Part shown: positions 61,172 through 64,000 of the stretch, one piece after another
Layout of the letters: every line of letters starts with the position of its first letter
Numbering within the stretch: the first letter of the stretch is position 1
Assembly (NCBI GenBank): GCA_950097015.1
Contig: CATNEN010000001.1
Coordinates: 10,912,001-10,976,000 of the forward strand
From: Macrostomum hystrix
Lineage: Eukaryota; Animalia; Platyhelminthes
Direction: 5' to 3'
Length of the DNA: 64,000 nt
Notes under the pieces: model-generated
The model's input: the letters and a program-made list of their open reading frames with translations, nothing else
The model's database searches: none
What the model was told of the DNA's origin: nothing
Position numbers and translations under genes: made by a program

Positions 61172-64000
61172 CCCCTGTTCCCTCTCTGTTTCCTCTCCCC
61201 CTGTTCCATCTCCCACTGTTCCCTCTCCCACTGTTCCCTCTCCCACTGTTCCCACTCCCACTGTTCCCTCTCCCACTGTTCCCTCTCTGTTCCCTCTCCC
61301 ACTGTTCCCTCTCCCACTGTTCCCTCTCCCCCTGTTCCCTCTCCCCCTGTTCCATCTCCCACTGTTCCCTCTCCCACTGTTCCCTCTCCCACTGTTCCCA
61401 CTCCCACTGTTCCCTCTCCCACTGTTCCCTCTCTGTTCCCTCTCCCACTGTTCCCTCTCCCACTGTTCCCTCTCCCACTGTTCCCTCTCTGTTCCCTCTC
61501 CCACTGTTCCCTCTCCCACTGTTCCCTCTCCCCCTGTTCCCTCTCCCCCTGTTCCATCTCCCACTGTTCCCTCTCCCCCTGTTCCCTCTCCCCCTGTTCC
61601 CACTCCCACTGTTCCCTCTCCCCCTGTTCCCACTCCCCCTGTTCCCTCTCCCCCTGTTCCCACTCCCCTTGTTCCCTCTCCCCCTGTTCCATCTCCCACT
61701 GTTCCCTCTCCCCCTGTTCCCTCTCCCCCTGTTCCCTCTCCCCCTGTTCCCTCTCCCACTGTTCCCTCTCCCACTGTTCCCTCTCCCACTGTTCCCTCTC
61801 CCACTGTTCCCTCTCCCACTGTTCCCTCTCCCACTGTTCCCTCTCCCACTGTTCCCTCTCCCACTGTTCCCTCTCCCACTGTTCCCTCTCCCACTGTTCC
61901 CTCTCCCACTGTTCCCTCTCCCACTGTTCCCTCTCTGTTCCCTCTCCCACTGTTCCCTCTCCCACTGTTCCCTCTCCCCCTGTTCCCTCTCCCCCTGTTC
62001 CATCTCCCACTGTTCCCTCTCCCCCTGTTCCCTCTCCCCCTGTTCCCACTCCCACTGTTCCCTCTCCCCCTGTTCCCACTCCCCCTGTTCCCTCTCCCCC
62101 TGTTCCCACTCCCCTTGTTCCCTCTCCCCCTGTTCCATCTCCCACTGTTCCCTCTCCCCCTGTTCCCTCTCCCCCTGTTCCCTCTCCCCCTGTTCCCTCT
62201 CCCACTGTTCCCTCTACCCTTGTTCCCTCTCCCACTGTTCCCTCTCCCACTGTTCCCTCTCCCACTGTTCCCTCTCCCACTCTTCCCTCTCCCCCTGTTC
62301 CCTCTCCCTCTGTTCCCTCTCCCCCTGTTCCCTCTCCCACTGTTCCCTCTACCCTTGTTCTCTCTCCCACTGTTCCCTCTCTCCCCTGTTCCCTCTCTCC
62401 CCTGTTCCCTCTCCCCCTGTTCCCTCTCCCCCTGTTCCCTCTCCCCCTGTTCCCTCTCCCACTGTTCCCTCTCCCCCTGTTCTCTCTCTGTTCCCTCTTC
62501 CCCTGTTCCCTCTCCCTCTGTTCCCTCTCCCACTGTTCCCTCTCCCCTGTTCCCTCTCCCCCTGTTCCCTCTCCCACTGTTCCCTCTCCCACTGTTCCCT
62601 CTCCCCCTGTTCCCTCTCCCCCTGTTCCCTCTCCCTCTGTTCCCTCTCCCCCTGTTCCCTCTTCCCCTGTTCCCTCTCCCACTGTTCCCTCTCCCCCTGT
62701 TCCCACTCCCCCTGTTCCCTCTCCCCCTGTTCCCACTCCCCCTGTTCCCTCTCCCCCTGTTCCATCTCCCACTGTTCCCTCTCCCCCTGTTCCCTCTCCC
62801 CCTGTTCTCTCTCTGTTCCCTCTTCCCCTGTTCCCTCTCCCTCTGTTCCCTCTCCCACTGTTCCCTCTCCCACTGTTCCCTCTCCCCCTGTTCCCTCTCC
62901 CTCTGTTCCCTCTCCCCCTGTTCCCTCTCCCCCTGTTCCCTCTCCCTCTGTTCCCTCTCCCCCTGTTCTCTCTCTGTTTCCTCTTCCCCTGTTCCCTCTC
63001 CCTCTGTTCCCTCTCCCACTGTTCCCTCTCCCACTGTTCCCTCTCCCACTGTTCCCTCTCCCCCTGTTCCCTCTCCCTCTGTTCCCTCTCCCCCTGTTCC
63101 CTCTCCCCCTGTTCCCTCTCCCTCTGTTCCCCCTCCCTGTGGTTCCTCTCCCACCGTTCCCTCCCCCTGTTACCTCTCCCTGTGTTCCCTCTCCCCCTGT
63201 TCCCTCTCCCCCTGTTCCCACTCCCACTGTTCCCTCTTCCCCTGTTCCCTCTCCCTCTGTTCCCTCTCCCCCTGTTCCCTCTCCCCCTGTTCCCTCTCCC
63301 ACTGTTCCCTCTACCCTTGTTCTCTCTCCCACTGTTCCCTCTCTCCCCTGTTCCCTCTCCCCCTGTTCCCTCTCCCCCTGTTCCCTCTCCCCCTGTTCCC
63401 TCTCCCCCTGTTCCCTCTCCCCCTGTTCCCACTCCCACTGTTCCCTCTCCCCCTGTTCCCACTCCCCCTGTTCCCTCTCCCCCTGTTCCCACTCCCCCTG
63501 TTCCCTCTCCCCCTGTTCCATCTCCCACTGTTCCCTCTCCCCCTGTTCCCTCTCCCCCTGTTCTCTCTCTGTTCCCTCTTCCCCTGTTCCCTCTCCCTCT
63601 GTTCCCTCTCCCCCTGTTCCCTCTCCCACTGTTCCCTCTCCCACTGTTCCCTCTCCCACTGTTCCCTCTCCCACTGTTCCCTCTCCCACTGTTCCCTCTC
63701 CCACTGTTCCCTCTCTCCCCTGTTCCCTCTCCCCCTGTTCCCTCTCCCCCTGTTCCCTCTCCCCCTGTTCCCTCTCCCCTGTTCCCTCTCCCCCTGTTCT
63801 CTCTCTGTTCCCTCTTCCCCTGTTCTCTCTCTCTGTTCCCTCTTCCCCTGTTCCCTCTCCCACTGTTCCCTCTCCCACTGTTCCCTCTACCCTTGTTCTC
63901 TCTCCCACTGTTCCCTCTCTCCCCTGTTCCCTCTCCCCCTGTTCCCTCTCCCCTGTTCCCTCTCCCCCTGTTCTCTCTCTGTTCCCTCTTCCCCTGTTCC
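61172..64000. repeat. 15-bp C/T-rich minisatellite CCCTCTCCCMCTGTT, truncated by the window end
   Basis: More than 180 copies. Confidence 0.96.

Noticed and set aside
61064-63908. 500-790-aa RG/GE-rich ORFs on the minus strand
   Set aside because: They derive from a 15-bp G-rich minisatellite antisense to the ANKRD6-like gene.

Overview
Intron-containing animal genomic DNA, extremely rich in minisatellites. The GC-rich poly-Q/poly-A exons and minisatellite-filled introns resemble the flatworm Macrostomum (inference only). Five host genes can be spliced by hand with consistent GT-AG sites and phases: two tandem GPI-type alkaline phosphatase paralogues (- strand, 64-3478 and 4279-9921), an RNF38/RNF44-like RING-H2 E3 ligase (- strand, 16135 to at least 25265, possibly to 46514), Leo1 of the PAF1 complex (+, 50914-54673) and an ANKRD6/Diego-like ankyrin protein (+, from 56895, probably running off the window). 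The most striking accessory element is an apparently intact 10.2-kb EnSpm/CACTA DNA transposon (35709-45890) with CCCG termini and an ACT TSD. It encodes a spliced DDE transposase plus a second gene with B-box, coiled-coil and BEN-like domains, and that gene carries three near-identical 92-nt introns made by exon-intron duplication. Also present are two tRNA-derived SINE families, nested Mutator-like MITEs and more than 20 tandem arrays. Several arrays abut splice sites and have units containing branch-point, acceptor or donor motifs. Most long ORFs in the supplied track are repeat artefacts.
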